Assembly (NCBI GenBank): GCA_965224485.1
Contig: CBDCZH010000010.1
Span: forward strand, 256,001-320,000
Source: Arcobacteraceae bacterium
GTDB taxonomy: Bacteria; Campylobacterota; Campylobacteria; Campylobacterales; Arcobacteraceae
DNA length: 64,000 nucleotides
Reading direction: 5' to 3'
In this document: positions 49,927-61,102 of the stretch, one piece after another
Layout of the letters: every line of letters starts with the position of its first letter
Numbering within the stretch: the stretch's first letter is position 1
Notes under the pieces: model-generated
What the model was told of the DNA's origin: nothing
What the model saw: only the letters and a program-made list of their open reading frames with translations
Databases searched by the model: none
Position numbers and translations under genes: made by a program

Positions 49927-52188
49927 ATGGCGACTATAAAGAATAATATTTTCCTTATCTTTTATTTAATGCTTTTTTTAGGAACAATTGTTCTTAGTAC
50001 AATTATTTATAGAAACTTTGTAGCTACAAAATATGAATACATCATAGAACAAGAAAATATAACAAAAATCAACTCAAATTCTCTTTATTTTTCATTTTTA
50101 CAGTATGAAATGCTTTTGGATATATTAGGAAATGAATTAAGTTTTAATGATAATTACAAGTCTTTAAAACATTCAAGAGTTATTTTAGATAAATTATTAA
50201 AACTAAATACTTCTATAGTTGCTTTTGGTTTAGCAAGAGCTGATGGGCAATTATATATAACTAGTTCAAATTTAAAACATATAAAATCTTTACCAAACTT
50301 ACTAAAAAAAGAAGAAACTAAAAAAAGTTTTTTACATACTTTAGAAAAAGATGTGATGGTAATTGGGCGAACATATTATCATAAGGGTCTAAAAACTCTA
50401 TTAATTCCAATTAGAAAAACTATAAGAAATGAGAAAAATGAAGTTGTAGCTATTATGACAGCTGGAATATATCTTAATAAAGCATTTAAATTCTTTAAAA
50501 ATGAAAATACTTTTATTTTAAGAGCTTTTGATTATTATAAACAAATATCACAAAAGAAGAATAATCAAAAAAAAGATTATGAAAAAAGTATTCCAAAAGA
50601 TATAAGATTTAAACTTGTTAATAATATTGAACATAAATATAAGACAGATATGAAAAGTATTAAAGAAGGTGAAAAATTAATTACAATTAAAAATAAGGCT
50701 TATTTTAAAAAAAATCAAGAGTATTTAACAAGTATAGTTTATATAAAAAGATTTGAATTATGGACTATTACTCAAACTCCTTATACTAAAGTTATGTCAA
50801 AAGTATATAAAGAGTCTACTATTCTTATATTATTGTTTATTATAATATACATAATATTATTTTTCTTTTTTAGGTTAATTGATACCTTTGAAAGAAAAAA
50901 ACAAGGTGAGTTATATTACCAAGCAACGCATGATCCTTTAACAAAATTGTATAATAGATTGTATTTATCTCATGAGTTTGAAGAAAATAAAAATAAAAAA
51001 GATTTCACTCTTTTAATAATTGACATTGATAATTTTAGATCAATAAATGATACTTATGGACATGATTATGGGGATATAATTTTAAAAGAAATAAGCCTTC
51101 GTTTATCATCTTTAAAAATAAATAATGATGCTCTTATTCGTTATAGTGCTGATGAGTTTTTATTTATAACAAAAAGAGTCAAAGAAAAAGATATAAAAGT
51201 ACTACTTGATGATATATTCAAAAGTTTGGAAAAAGTATTTATATATAAACAATATGAGTATAAAATTAGTGCGTCTATTGGTATTTCTGTATATCCAAAA
51301 GATGGTAAAAACTTTGATGAAGTTAAAAGACATGCAGATCTTGCTTTAAGTGAAGCAAAAAAACACAAAAATAGTATATGTTTTTTCCAAAATGCTATTA
51401 AATTGAAGTATCTTCAGACTTCACTTATTGAAGAAGCTTTAAAAACAGCACTTGACAATAAAGAAATTTATATGACCTACCAAGTGCAACTTGATAAAAA
51501 TGAAAATATTTATGGTGTTGAAGCTTTAGTTAGATGGAATAATAAAAAACTAGGGCCAATAGCTCCTGATATTTTTATTAAAATAGCTGAAAACTCTGGA
51601 ATGATGACTATTTTAGGTGATTATATAATACAAACATCTCTTAAAGAGATTACTTCTTTATATAAAAAAATGAATAGGAAATTTCAATTATCACTGAATA
51701 TATCATATAAACAGTTTTTAGATATAAACTTTTATGACAAATTATCAAATGAAATTGCTATAAATGATTTTAATCAAGAATTATTAACTCTAGAAGTAAC
51801 AGAAAATATTTTTATAGAAGATATAGATTTTGTATTAAACTTACTTCATAAAATCAGAAAAGATAAAATAAAAATATCCTTAGATGATTTTGGAACAGGA
51901 TATTCTTCGTTAAGTTTATTGAAAAAACTTCCAATAGATGAACTTAAAATTGATAAAAGTTTTGTTGATGATATTGTACAAGACAAAGACTCTTTAAGTA
52001 TGGTAGAAGCTATTATTTCTCTTGGTAAGAAGTTAAATATGGTTGTTTTAGCAGAAGGAGTTGAAAGTATTGAGCAAAAAAGATTATTGCTTGAAAAAAA
52101 TTGTGATTTATTTCAAGGTTATTTATATTCAAAACCTCTAAAAATAAAGCAGCTAGAAAATTTCTTAAAAGTTGAGAGTAATATATAG
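49927..52188 (+). CDS. Membrane sensor with degenerate GGDEF and intact EAL domain (likely c-di-GMP phosphodiesterase)
   Basis: Two TM segments; HDPLTKLYNR...YSADEF; EALVRW, DDFGTGYSS, KIDKSF, AEGVE. Confidence 0.85.
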   Translation: MATIKNNIFLIFYLMLFLGTIVLSTIIYRNFVATKYEYIIEQENITKINSNSLYFSFLQYEMLLDILGNELSFNDNYKSLKHSRVILDKLLKLNTSIVAFGLARADGQLYITSSNLKHIKSLPNLLKKEETKKSFLHTLEKDVMVIGRTYYHKGLKTLLIPIRKTIRNEKNEVVAIMTAGIYLNKAFKFFKNENTFILRAFDYYKQISQKKNNQKKDYEKSIPKDIRFKLVNNIEHKYKTDMKSIKEGEKLITIKNKAYFKKNQEYLTSIVYIKRFELWTITQTPYTKVMSKVYKESTILILLFIIIYIILFFFFRLIDTFERKKQGELYYQATHDPLTKLYNRLYLSHEFEENKNKKDFTLLIIDIDNFRSINDTYGHDYGDIILKEISLRLSSLKINNDALIRYSADEFLFITKRVKEKDIKVLLDDIFKSLEKVFIYKQYEYKISASIGISVYPKDGKNFDEVKRHADLALSEAKKHKNSICFFQNAIKLKYLQTSLIEEALKTALDNKEIYMTYQVQLDKNENIYGVEALVRWNNKKLGPIAPDIFIKIAENSGMMTILGDYIIQTSLKEITSLYKKMNRKFQLSLNISYKQFLDINFYDKLSNEIAINDFNQELLTLEVTENIFIEDIDFVLNLLHKIRKDKIKISLDDFGTGYSSLSLLKKLPIDELKIDKSFVDDIVQDKDSLSMVEAIISLGKKLNMVVLAEGVESIEQKRLLLEKNCDLFQGYLYSKPLKIKQLENFLKVESNI

Positions 52189-52205
52189 TAAATATATTTA
52201 AGTAT

Positions 52206-52823
52206 TTAGATTCCTTGTAATAAGATATTCCACAAGTATTCTATCTCATCATCTTCAAAAGAAATAAGAGATTTCTCTTCAAATAATTCTTTTATTTTTT
52301 TAAGTTCAAAAACTCTACTATAAGTGCAACTTGCATGAACAGGGTGAAAAGACCTCACCAAAGAAATATCATTAATAATTTCTTTATCACATAATAAACA
52401 AATATATTCACTATGTAATCTTCCTTCAAATTCAAGAAGATTTATATAAGCCTTGCAAATAGCCCTTTTAGCATTTTGTTTTATCATTGTATGTACAAGA
52501 TTATCTAAAAGTTTTAGATAAAAGTCATCTATTTCTTCTACATCTTTTAAATGAGGATAATAAAGTTTTAAAAATCTTTGCCAAGCATATAATTTATCAT
52601 AATCAAAAATCCATGCAAAACCTAATTGAATTACTTCTTTAAGTCTTGGCATGTTTGATTTTAAATTTTTTTCTAACTCAAAATCTATTTTATAACCAAC
52701 ATTTATATTTGAATGCCTAGCTCCATAAAACCTATATGTAGTATAGATATGATTTTTTGCAAGTATAGTTACTATTAAATCATCATCTCTTACTGTTTTT
52801 ATATCAATTATATAACCTTGCAT
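52206..52823 (-). CDS. recO: Recombination protein RecO (Campylobacterota type)
   Basis: MQGYII...DLIV...YRFYGARHS, EFEGRLH, CLLC..HASC. Confidence 0.85.
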   Translation of the reverse strand: MQGYIIDIKTVRDDDLIVTILAKNHIYTTYRFYGARHSNINVGYKIDFELEKNLKSNMPRLKEVIQLGFAWIFDYDKLYAWQRFLKLYYPHLKDVEEIDDFYLKLLDNLVHTMIKQNAKRAICKAYINLLEFEGRLHSEYICLLCDKEIINDISLVRSFHPVHASCTYSRVFELKKIKELFEEKSLISFEDDEIEYLWNILLQGI

Positions 52824-53075
52824 TTACTCTTGTTTCATATCTTTTAAATCTTGGGTAATTTCTTCACACTCTTCATCACTTATTTCATCATTTTTTATTT
52901 CATCTAAAATTGCTAAAAAATCTGATTTCATTTCTTGAATTTCTGTTAGTTCTTCTTTTATTTCAGGTGTATCTTTTTTTGAAGCAATTACTTCAAATAA
53001 GTCATCAATATATTCTTTTATTTCTGGTAAAATTTCTTTTTCTAAAAGTTCTTGTAATTCTTTTTGTTTGCTCAT
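52824..53075 (-). CDS. Small acidic helical hypothetical protein
   Basis: ORF with AGGA RBS, abutting recO; similar to 63514-63780. Confidence 0.7.
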   Translation of the reverse strand: MSKQKELQELLEKEILPEIKEYIDDLFEVIASKKDTPEIKEELTEIQEMKSDFLAILDEIKNDEISDEECEEITQDLKDMKQE

Positions 53076-53203
53076 TTTTTTTCCTAAGATTGTTTCATAT
53101 ATAATTTACTCATATTAAAAAATATTATAACAAATTTATTATGCAAGATTGCTTCATAATATTCTTTATGATACAATTATTGTTAATTAAAGAAAGGTAT
53201 TTA

Positions 53204-53512
53204 ATGGAATTTAAAAATGTTAACATTGCAAAAGAAGCAAGTATTTTTTATGATGGTAAAGTTACAAGTAGAAGTTTAAAATTTGATGATGGTAGTACAA
53301 AAACTTTAGGAATTATGTTACCAGGAGAGTATGAATTTAATACAATTCATGAAGAAGTTATGGATATCCAATCTGGTGAACTTGAAGTTATGTTACCAGC
53401 TCAAGAGTGGAAAAAAATTGTTGCTCCTCAAACGTTTAATATTCCTGCAAATTCTAAGTTTAAATTAAAAGTTCATAGTATTACTGATTATTGCTGCTCT
53501 TTTCTTAAATAA
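53204..53512 (+). CDS. ppnP: Pyrimidine/purine nucleoside phosphorylase (DUF1255)
   Basis: YDGKVTSR, TLGIMLPGEYEF, DYCCS; start after AAAGG RBS. Confidence 0.85.
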   Translation: MEFKNVNIAKEASIFYDGKVTSRSLKFDDGSTKTLGIMLPGEYEFNTIHEEVMDIQSGELEVMLPAQEWKKIVAPQTFNIPANSKFKLKVHSITDYCCSFLK

Positions 53513-53542
53513 TATAAATCTTAAAGCTATTTAAAAATCATA

Positions 53543-53576
53543 AAAAAAGGCAAGATATTTAAATCTTGCCTTTTTT
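53543..53576. terminator. Bidirectional intrinsic terminator
   Basis: AAAAAAGGCAAGAT...ATCTTGCCTTTTTT. Confidence 0.85.
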
Positions 53577-53593
53577 GCTATATAATTATTTTA

Positions 53594-53977
53594 TTATGAA
53601 ACACTTACAGTAACAGGAGTTGATTCCCAAATACCATGTTTAGTACAGTACCCATGAGCTACTAAATTTAACTTTTTACTTGTTGGAATAATAGTAAACG
53701 TAGTTGTATTATGAGCTTTAACATTACCTAATGTTCCTGGAACATAAGAAGCTTTTGCTAATTGAGTTTCACCATTAAAAAGTGTAACTGATTCAATAAA
53801 ATGATCAAAATCATCTGGATGAGTATATTCATTACCCATTTTTACTGTTACTTCAAATGGTTCTCCAGCAACTGCTGTATCATTACAATGAATAAATGGA
53901 CTATGTCTATCAATTAAATCTTTTTTAGCTTCTCTTTCAACTGTATCTATATCAACATATTTGTTAATTTTTGGCAT
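53594..53977 (-). CDS. Class II SORL / desulfoferrodoxin-like protein
   Basis: DRHSP, HPDDFDHFI, YCTKHGIW iron-ligand pattern. Confidence 0.85.
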   Translation of the reverse strand: MPKINKYVDIDTVEREAKKDLIDRHSPFIHCNDTAVAGEPFEVTVKMGNEYTHPDDFDHFIESVTLFNGETQLAKASYVPGTLGNVKAHNTTTFTIIPTSKKLNLVAHGYCTKHGIWESTPVTVSVS

Positions 53978-54133
53978 TTCTTATCTCCTGAAATTTTGTT
54001 TGAAATTCATTATGAATTTTCGTAAGTATAGTATACAATAATTATTTTAAAGTATTAAGGATAAAATTTATCCTAAATACTTTTTTTAAGAAAATTATCA
54101 GATTTATGAAGTGAGATTATGTTAATATCGAAT

Positions 54134-54961
54134 ATGAATAAAGAAGATTATTTTATAAAACAATTTATAAATAAAAAAGATAAAATCATTGGCGATGATG
54201 GTGCTGTTATAGGTTCAAGTATTTATAGTGTTGATGCTTTTTGTGAAGATGTTCATTTTAAAAGATCGTGGATGAGTCTAGAACAAATTGGACAAAAAGC
54301 AATGCTTGTGAATATTTCAGATGTTATAGTTATGAATGCAATTCCTTTGTATGCACTTTTAAGCATAGCAATACCAAAAAAGTTTACAAAAAAAGATTTA
54401 AAAGATTTAGCTAGTGGTTTAAAAAAAGTAGCAAAAGAGTTTAATATTAAAATAATTGGTGGAGATACCATTTGTAATGATAAACTAGATATTTCTATTA
54501 CTATTATTTCAAAAAGTACTAAACCAGTTTTACGAAGTGGAAGTAAAAAAGGTGACTTGATTTGCCATACAGGTGAATTAGGAAGCTGTAAAAAAGATTT
54601 AGAACTTTTATTAAATAATAAAAAAATATCTAAAAAATCAAAGTTTATAAAACCAGAATTGAAAGCTTCTTTTTTTTATGAAATAGCACCATATATAAAC
54701 TCGGCTTTAGATATTTCAGATGGTCTCTTCTTTGAATTACAGAGATTATCTAAAATAAATAAAATCTCTTTTGAATTTTTTAAAGAAATTAAAAAAGATA
54801 TAGGTTGTTCAGGAGAAGAGTATGAAATACTTTTTACTTTTCCTTTGAAAAATAAAAAAATTATAAAAAAAATAGCAAAAGAACATAAAATAAAATTAAA
54901 TATATTTGCAAAAGCTATTAAAGGCAAGTATAAATGTGAATGTAAGGGACACCATTTTTAA
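54134..54961 (+). CDS. thiL: Thiamine-monophosphate kinase
   Basis: IGDDGAV, VHF, NISD, IIGGDT, DISDGL, GEEYE. Confidence 0.9.
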   Translation: MNKEDYFIKQFINKKDKIIGDDGAVIGSSIYSVDAFCEDVHFKRSWMSLEQIGQKAMLVNISDVIVMNAIPLYALLSIAIPKKFTKKDLKDLASGLKKVAKEFNIKIIGGDTICNDKLDISITIISKSTKPVLRSGSKKGDLICHTGELGSCKKDLELLLNNKKISKKSKFIKPELKASFFYEIAPYINSALDISDGLFFELQRLSKINKISFEFFKEIKKDIGCSGEEYEILFTFPLKNKKIIKKIAKEHKIKLNIFAKAIKGKYKCECKGHHF

Positions 54962-56022
54962 TGACAAAACAGTATTATTTAAACCATAATAAAATAGACG
55001 TATTATTTAAACAAAACAAAGACGATTTCTGTGTAACAGAGGTTCCATTATATGAGTTTTCAGGTGAGGGCGAGCATATAGTAATAAAGTTTAGAAAAAA
55101 AGACTTAGCAACTTGGGATGCTTTACAAATTTTTGCAAATTTTCTAGGTATAAAACAAAGAGATATAGGTTATGCTGGCTTAAAAGATAAAAATGCAATG
55201 ACAGTTCAAAGTATTTCTATTCATAAAAAACATGAAGAAAAACTAAAAGAATTTACGCATTCAAATATTAAAATTTTAGAAACTTCAAGACATAATAATA
55301 AGATTAAAATAGGGCATTTAAAAGGAAATAAGTTTTTTATTAGACTTAAAAGAGTAACTCCAATAGAAGCTAGTAAAATATTGCAAGTATTAAGTACCAT
55401 CATTAAAGATGGAATGCCAAATTATTTTGGTTTTCAAAGATTTGGTATTGATGGTGATAATTATAAAAAAGGTCAAGCAATAATTGAAGGTACTCTAAAA
55501 GAGAAAAGAAGAAACCTTAATCAGATGTATATCAATGCTTATCAAAGCTTTTTATTTAATACTTGGTTATCAAAAAGAATTGAAATATCAAAATTAGTTT
55601 GTGCTTTTGATGCAAAAGATATTTATGAAAAACTTGATTTGCCATTAGATATTGTAAAAGATATGAAGAAACAAAAACACCCTTTTAAACTATTGCCTGG
55701 GGATTTAATGAGTCATTATCCTTTTGGTAGAATATTTCATGTTGAAAAATTATTAGAAGAGGCAGAAAAATTTAATAACAAAGATAGAGTTGCTACTGGT
55801 TTATTAAGTGGTAAAAGAGTTAAACGTTCTATTGACTTAGCTTATACTTTAGAACAAGAGTTTGACTTACCTACTGGAGAAGATGGTGCTAGAAGGTTTT
55901 CATGGATTTTCCCTTCAGAAGTTGAAAGTAATTATAAAGAAGATAAGAATTGGTTGGAGTTGAATTTTTTCTTACCAAAAGGTTCTTATGCTACAGAACT
56001 AATTTCTGAATTAATTCATTAA
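54961..56022 (+). CDS. truD: tRNA pseudouridine(13) synthase
   Basis: DFCVTE, YAGLKDK, NYFGFQRFG, LPKGSYAT. Confidence 0.95.
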   Translation: MTKQYYLNHNKIDVLFKQNKDDFCVTEVPLYEFSGEGEHIVIKFRKKDLATWDALQIFANFLGIKQRDIGYAGLKDKNAMTVQSISIHKKHEEKLKEFTHSNIKILETSRHNNKIKIGHLKGNKFFIRLKRVTPIEASKILQVLSTIIKDGMPNYFGFQRFGIDGDNYKKGQAIIEGTLKEKRRNLNQMYINAYQSFLFNTWLSKRIEISKLVCAFDAKDIYEKLDLPLDIVKDMKKQKHPFKLLPGDLMSHYPFGRIFHVEKLLEEAEKFNNKDRVATGLLSGKRVKRSIDLAYTLEQEFDLPTGEDGARRFSWIFPSEVESNYKEDKNWLELNFFLPKGSYATELISELIH

Positions 56023-56095
56023 AATATATAAATAATCAATTATTTTATATATTTTAAGGAAAATTGAGTTAAAATTTTTAATGAAAGGTTTAAAT

Positions 56096-56452
56096 ATGAA
56101 ACATGAAGAACTTATTACGCAATTATGTGAAGTTATTAAAGAGTCTGAACTTAATGCTGTTGAAATTTATGACAAACTAGAAGGTATTACTTCAATAGTT
56201 GAGTCATTAAACTTACCAATGCATGAAAGTAAAAAGATTAAAAATCTTATTTCAGATTCTATGGGTTTAATTCAACATCAAGATTTACATAGACAAAAAA
56301 TTGAGAGAGTTGTTAACGCTGTTTGTGAAACAAATAATATAGACTCAAGCAAGTATAATCTAGCTTCCTCTGCTAAACATATAAGTGGTGATAATAATAG
56401 TGATATTTTATCAGCTTCTGAGTTAGAAGCGTTAATTAGTGAATATAACTAA
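56096..56452 (+). CDS. CheZ-like chemotaxis phosphatase (Campylobacterota type)
   Basis: QHQDLHRQKIERV (DxxxQ motif) and C-terminal ELEALI amphipathic helix. Confidence 0.65.
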   Translation: MKHEELITQLCEVIKESELNAVEIYDKLEGITSIVESLNLPMHESKKIKNLISDSMGLIQHQDLHRQKIERVVNAVCETNNIDSSKYNLASSAKHISGDNNSDILSASELEALISEYN

Positions 56453-56476
56453 AGAATATAGTTTAGGTTTTTTAAA

Positions 56477-56501
56477 TAGGTTTAGCTCTTAACTAAACCT
56501 A
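56477..56501. terminator. Hairpin between convergent genes
   Basis: TAGGTTTAG-CTCTTAA-CTAAACCTA. Confidence 0.55.
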
Positions 56502-56505
56502 CGAT

Positions 56506-58692
56506 TTATTTTTTACAGACATCTTTCTTTAGATGATTCAATGCCCCAAATATTCTTAATGATTCAATTTCAACAGCTTTAGCATTTTGATTTAAAATAT
56601 CATTAGAATCTTTGTTTGCATTATTTTGAATTAAAGTATCAAGTTTCTCTTGTAAACTTTTACTTAATCCTTGTAATGTTTCCAACGAATCATAAGATGC
56701 ATCTGGATTTTCTCTCATATAATTATTAAGCCATTTATCTAAAACATCTTTATTTTCTAAAGAAACATTTTGGAAGCTTCCTAATTTAGAATAAGCATTA
56801 TCTTTTAAAACTAAAATATCAACTTTTAATTTTGCTGTATCGTAAACTAATTCTACATTACAAACAGTATCTCTAGCTTCTTCTAAGAAAGATGCTCTTG
56901 AAGCTGCTGTTACTAAAGATGTTGATATTGATGAAATCTCTGCTGACATTGAAGAAATATCTTCTGCGACACTTGCATTCTTTTGTGTTGCTTGATCAAG
57001 TAAAGTTACAGCATCATTAATTTGTAAAATTCCTGTTTCTTGTTCTTTTGAAGCTATTTCAACTTGTTCAATCATTTGAATAGTTTCAGAGATATTTTGG
57101 TTTAAGTCAAGATATCCTTTTATCATTTTCCCAGAAATATCTTTTCCTTGATGTGCTTTTTGAGTTGCTATTTCTACTATATCTTTTATCTCTTTAGCAG
57201 CTTCAGCAGATCTACTTGCAAGATTTCTTACTTCTTGGGCAACTACTGCAAAACCTTTTCCAGCTTCACCAGCTGTTGCTGCTTCAACTGCTGCATTTAA
57301 AGATAAAATATTTGTTTGGAAAGCAATTTGATCAATTACTTCAATTGCTTCATTAATAGATGAAACTTTTTCATTTATATCATCCATAGATTTAGCAGTT
57401 TGATTTGCTAATTCTTCTCCTGTATTAGCAGATGCAGTTACATCTTTTGCTAATTTGGCCATTTTCATAGCTGATTGAGTATTTCCTTGAATATTTGCAG
57501 TTATTTGCTCTAATGCAGCTGCTGTTTCTTCTAATGAGGCTGCTTGTTTATTTGATGAAGCAGATAAATCAGCTGCTGCATTTGATAATGTTTTCGTATT
57601 ATGATTTAAAGAATCACCTGTATTCATAATCATTGCTAAAATTTCAGAAGTATTATTTCCAACAAGTTTAATTCCAGCTGCAAGTGAACCTAGATCTCCA
57701 TAAATTCCTCTATCATTAATCTTATAATCAAATTTTGATTCAGAATATTCTCTTAGTGTTACATTTATCTTATCTAAGGTATCTTTTGTTCTTATAATCA
57801 TAGTATTTAATTTATTTTTTAAATCTTCTACATAAGGATTATTCGCTTTTGCTTCTACATTATAAACAAAGAAACCATTTCCTGTTTTTTCTAAAACATC
57901 ATTTGCTTCTTCTATTACTGCTTCATCTTGTTTTAAACCAGCTCTTACTTTATCCATATATTCATTGAATAAATCAGCAACTTCTCCAACTTCATCTTTT
58001 GAATCAACGTGAAGTTTTATATCTTTATCATCTGAATTTAATAAATCATTAAAACCTTGTTTTAATGTTGATATGTTTGAAGTAGCTTTTTTAACTATTA
58101 TAAATACTAAGAAAATTGTAAGCCAACCTAAAATAGTTGACATAATTAAAATATATTTTGCCATTGCTGATATACGGTTATCACTTTGTTCCAAAGAAAA
58201 AGTTAAATCCATTATTCCAATAACATCACCTTCACTTTGATTAGCATGACACATTAAACACTCAGCTTTTGCAATCATTGGTTTAATCATTCTTAATGCA
58301 TGGGTATCACTTGTGTTAATTTCAATGATTTTCTCTTTTTTAGTTTTAAAAGAGTTTAAAATATCTTTATTTGTGCTTGTTTTCTCACCTGGAGAATACA
58401 TATCTATAAGAGGTTGAGACTTTGCAATAATTAAAGATTTTACACCTTTAATATCCCTAGCTTCTTCTTCTGCATCTTCGATCACTTTAGGATCACCTGA
58501 ATTCATTGCATGTCTTAAACTTTGGAATACTGCCGTGTTTAACATCTCTAAATTGTTTTTTGTTGCTATTAATGAGTCTTCTTCTACACTTTTTGTTGTT
58601 AAAAAAAGTATAGTTAATGAACTAATAGTCATAAGAATAAAAAGTGAAAATATTATCTTGTTACTAATTTTTTTTGTAATAAATCTTACCAT
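56506..58692 (-). CDS. Methyl-accepting chemotaxis protein with periplasmic heme-c (CxxCH) sensor
   Basis: Two TMs, [37 protein letters not shown]. Confidence 0.92.
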   Translation of the reverse strand: MVRFITKKISNKIIFSLFILMTISSLTILFLTTKSVEEDSLIATKNNLEMLNTAVFQSLRHAMNSGDPKVIEDAEEEARDIKGVKSLIIAKSQPLIDMYSPGEKTSTNKDILNSFKTKKEKIIEINTSDTHALRMIKPMIAKAECLMCHANQSEGDVIGIMDLTFSLEQSDNRISAMAKYILIMSTILGWLTIFLVFIIVKKATSNISTLKQGFNDLLNSDDKDIKLHVDSKDEVGEVADLFNEYMDKVRAGLKQDEAVIEEANDVLEKTGNGFFVYNVEAKANNPYVEDLKNKLNTMIIRTKDTLDKINVTLREYSESKFDYKINDRGIYGDLGSLAAGIKLVGNNTSEILAMIMNTGDSLNHNTKTLSNAAADLSASSNKQAASLEETAAALEQITANIQGNTQSAMKMAKLAKDVTASANTGEELANQTAKSMDDINEKVSSINEAIEVIDQIAFQTNILSLNAAVEAATAGEAGKGFAVVAQEVRNLASRSAEAAKEIKDIVEIATQKAHQGKDISGKMIKGYLDLNQNISETIQMIEQVEIASKEQETGILQINDAVTLLDQATQKNASVAEDISSMSAEISSISTSLVTAASRASFLEEARDTVCNVELVYDTAKLKVDILVLKDNAYSKLGSFQNVSLENKDVLDKWLNNYMRENPDASYDSLETLQGLSKSLQEKLDTLIQNNANKDSNDILNQNAKAVEIESLRIFGALNHLKKDVCKK

Positions 58693-58777
58693 AAATACTG
58701 CCTTGGATTTAAGTTGAATTATTATATACTTATAATTATTTATAATATATTAAACACAAGGTAAAAAGAATAAAATA

Positions 58778-59338
58778 ATGATTATTGGCATAGAAGGCGA
58801 GATATTAAAAAAAGAACCTACAAGTCTACATATAAAGACTACAGGTCTAGTTTACGAGGTTAGTGTTTCTCTTAATTGTAGTGCTAAAATCACGAAAAAT
58901 AATGTTTACCTTTTTACTACTTATATTATACGAGAAGATTCACAAGCCTTATATGGTTTCTTAGATATTAACGAAAAAAAACTTTTCGATACAGTTATAA
59001 AGATAAATGGTGTAGGACCAAAAGTAGCCCTTGCAATTTGTTCAACATTTACTCCCCTTTCATTTTCAAACATAGTAAGTTCCCATGATGTAAGTATGCT
59101 AAAAAGAGTACCTGGTATTGGCCCTAAAGGTGCTAGTCGTATTTTGGTTGAACTTTCTGGTTTTGTTATTGACTCAACACAAGAAGAGAATAGTAACAGT
59201 GCTAGTATTTTAGAAGCTACTTTAGCTTTAGAATCATTAGGTTTCAAAAAAGATGTTCTGATTAAAACTTTAGCCTCTTGTAGTGCTACAGATACAAGTG
59301 AACTTGTACGCCAAGCACTTAAAAAATTACAAAAATAA
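58778..59338 (+). CDS. ruvA: Holliday junction branch migration protein
   Basis: IIRED..LYGF, GVGPK, VPGIGPK HhH motifs, LESLGF. Confidence 0.93.
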   Translation: MIIGIEGEILKKEPTSLHIKTTGLVYEVSVSLNCSAKITKNNVYLFTTYIIREDSQALYGFLDINEKKLFDTVIKINGVGPKVALAICSTFTPLSFSNIVSSHDVSMLKRVPGIGPKGASRILVELSGFVIDSTQEENSNSASILEATLALESLGFKKDVLIKTLASCSATDTSELVRQALKKLQK

Positions 59339-59347
59339 GGAAATAAT

Positions 59348-60382
59348 TTGAAAATAGGTATTGTTTTTGGGGGTGTTTCTTATGAACACGAAATTTCAAT
59401 AATATCAGCTATTGCTATGAATGATGTTATTAAAGAAGAGTTAGTTTATATTTTTTGTGATGAAAACAGAGATTTCTACCATATTGCAAATTCTTCTATG
59501 AAAGCAAAACTTTTTTCAAGTGGAGATTATAAAAAATGTGATCTCTTAACTTTAAAAAAAGAAACTTTTGTAAAAAAAACTATGTTTAAAGAAAAAAATT
59601 TAGACTTAGATTTACTTTTAAATCTAGCTCATGGAGCTGATGGAGAAGATGGATTATTTTCTTCTTTATTTGAGTTTTACAATATTCCTTATATAGGTCC
59701 AAGAAAAGAGGCTTGTTCTGTTAGTTTTAATAAGTTTTTAACAAAAGGTTATGCTCTGTCTTTAGGTGTTAAAACTATAGATTATAAGTATTATACAAAA
59801 AATAATGAAGTTAAAACAGAAGACTTTCCTTTAATTGTAAAACCTGTTACTTTAGGTTCTTCTATTGGAGTATCTATTGTTAAAACTCAAGCTGAACTCT
59901 CTTATGCTTTAGATGTGGCTTATGAGTTTGATAATGCTTTAATTACAGAACCTTTTATAAGTGGAGTTAAAGAGTATAACTTAGCAGGAACTAAAATAAA
60001 TGGTAAGTTTGTATTATCTTTTATAGAAGAACCACAAAAAGCTGAATTTTTAGATTTTGATAAAAAGTACTTAGATTTTGCAAGAACTTCAACAGCTTTA
60101 AAAGCTGATATTTCTAAATCTTTAGAAGAAAAATTAAAAGAAACTTTTAAAACTATTTATAATACTTTATTTGAAGGTTCACTTATAAGATGTGATTTTT
60201 TTGTTATTAATGGTGAAGTTTATTTAAATGAAATAAATCCAATCCCTGGTTCTATGTCGAACTATTTATTTGAAGATTTTAATGAAGTTATTACTTCCTT
60301 AGCTTCAAACTTACCAAAAAAGAAAAAAATCAATATAACATATGAGTATGTAAATAAAATCAATGCTGCTAAGGGTAAATAA
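59348..60382 (+). CDS. ddl: D-alanine--D-alanine ligase
   Basis: FGGVSYEHEIS, HGADGEDG, GSSIGV, LNEINPIPG. Confidence 0.92.
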   Translation: MKIGIVFGGVSYEHEISIISAIAMNDVIKEELVYIFCDENRDFYHIANSSMKAKLFSSGDYKKCDLLTLKKETFVKKTMFKEKNLDLDLLLNLAHGADGEDGLFSSLFEFYNIPYIGPRKEACSVSFNKFLTKGYALSLGVKTIDYKYYTKNNEVKTEDFPLIVKPVTLGSSIGVSIVKTQAELSYALDVAYEFDNALITEPFISGVKEYNLAGTKINGKFVLSFIEEPQKAEFLDFDKKYLDFARTSTALKADISKSLEEKLKETFKTIYNTLFEGSLIRCDFFVINGEVYLNEINPIPGSMSNYLFEDFNEVITSLASNLPKKKKINITYEYVNKINAAKGK

Positions 60383-61102
60383 TTGGCTTTAAAATCTTTT
60401 ACTCTTGATGATAAAACTTTTGATATTTCTTATGAAGTTATAAATAAAGAAGCTTCTAGGGATTTGATTATTTTACATGGTTGGGGAGTTAATAAAGAGA
60501 TTATGAAAAATATTTTCTCTTCTACTTTAAAAGATTATCGACATATTTATATTGACCTTCCTGGTTTTGGTAAGTCTTCAAATGCTTATGTTTTAGATGT
60601 ATATCTTTATACCAAAATAATAAATGAATTCTTGCGTCTTTGTTCATTTTCAAAGTTTGCAATTATAGGACACTCTTATGGTGGAAAAGTAGCAACTCTG
60701 CTAAAACCAGAGAATTTAATTCTTTTAAGTTCAGCTGGAATTATAGAAGAAAAATCACTTAAGATTAAACTTAAAATTAAACTTTCAAAAGTATTTTCTT
60801 TTTTAGGTTTAAAGAAACTAACAAAATTTTTTAGAAGTGCTGATGTATATACTATGAGTGAAAATATGTATGCTACTTTTAAAAATGCTCTTGCTGAAAA
60901 CTTAGAAGAAGATTTTAGATCTTATAGTGGAAAAGCTTTGATTTTTTGGGGTAAAGCTGATACTGCAACATCTTTATCTTCTGGAAAAAAAATAGCAAGT
61001 TTAATAAAAAATTCATCTTTTAAAGCTTACGAGGGAGATCATTTCTTTTTTGCCCAGCATAAAAACGATATTGAAAAAGAGATAAAAAATGCAATACTTT
61101 AG
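60383..61102 (+). CDS. Alpha/beta hydrolase
   Basis: LHGWG, DLPGFG, GHSYGG, GDHF. Confidence 0.88.
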   Translation: MALKSFTLDDKTFDISYEVINKEASRDLIILHGWGVNKEIMKNIFSSTLKDYRHIYIDLPGFGKSSNAYVLDVYLYTKIINEFLRLCSFSKFAIIGHSYGGKVATLLKPENLILLSSAGIIEEKSLKIKLKIKLSKVFSFLGLKKLTKFFRSADVYTMSENMYATFKNALAENLEEDFRSYSGKALIFWGKADTATSLSSGKKIASLIKNSSFKAYEGDHFFFAQHKNDIEKEIKNAIL

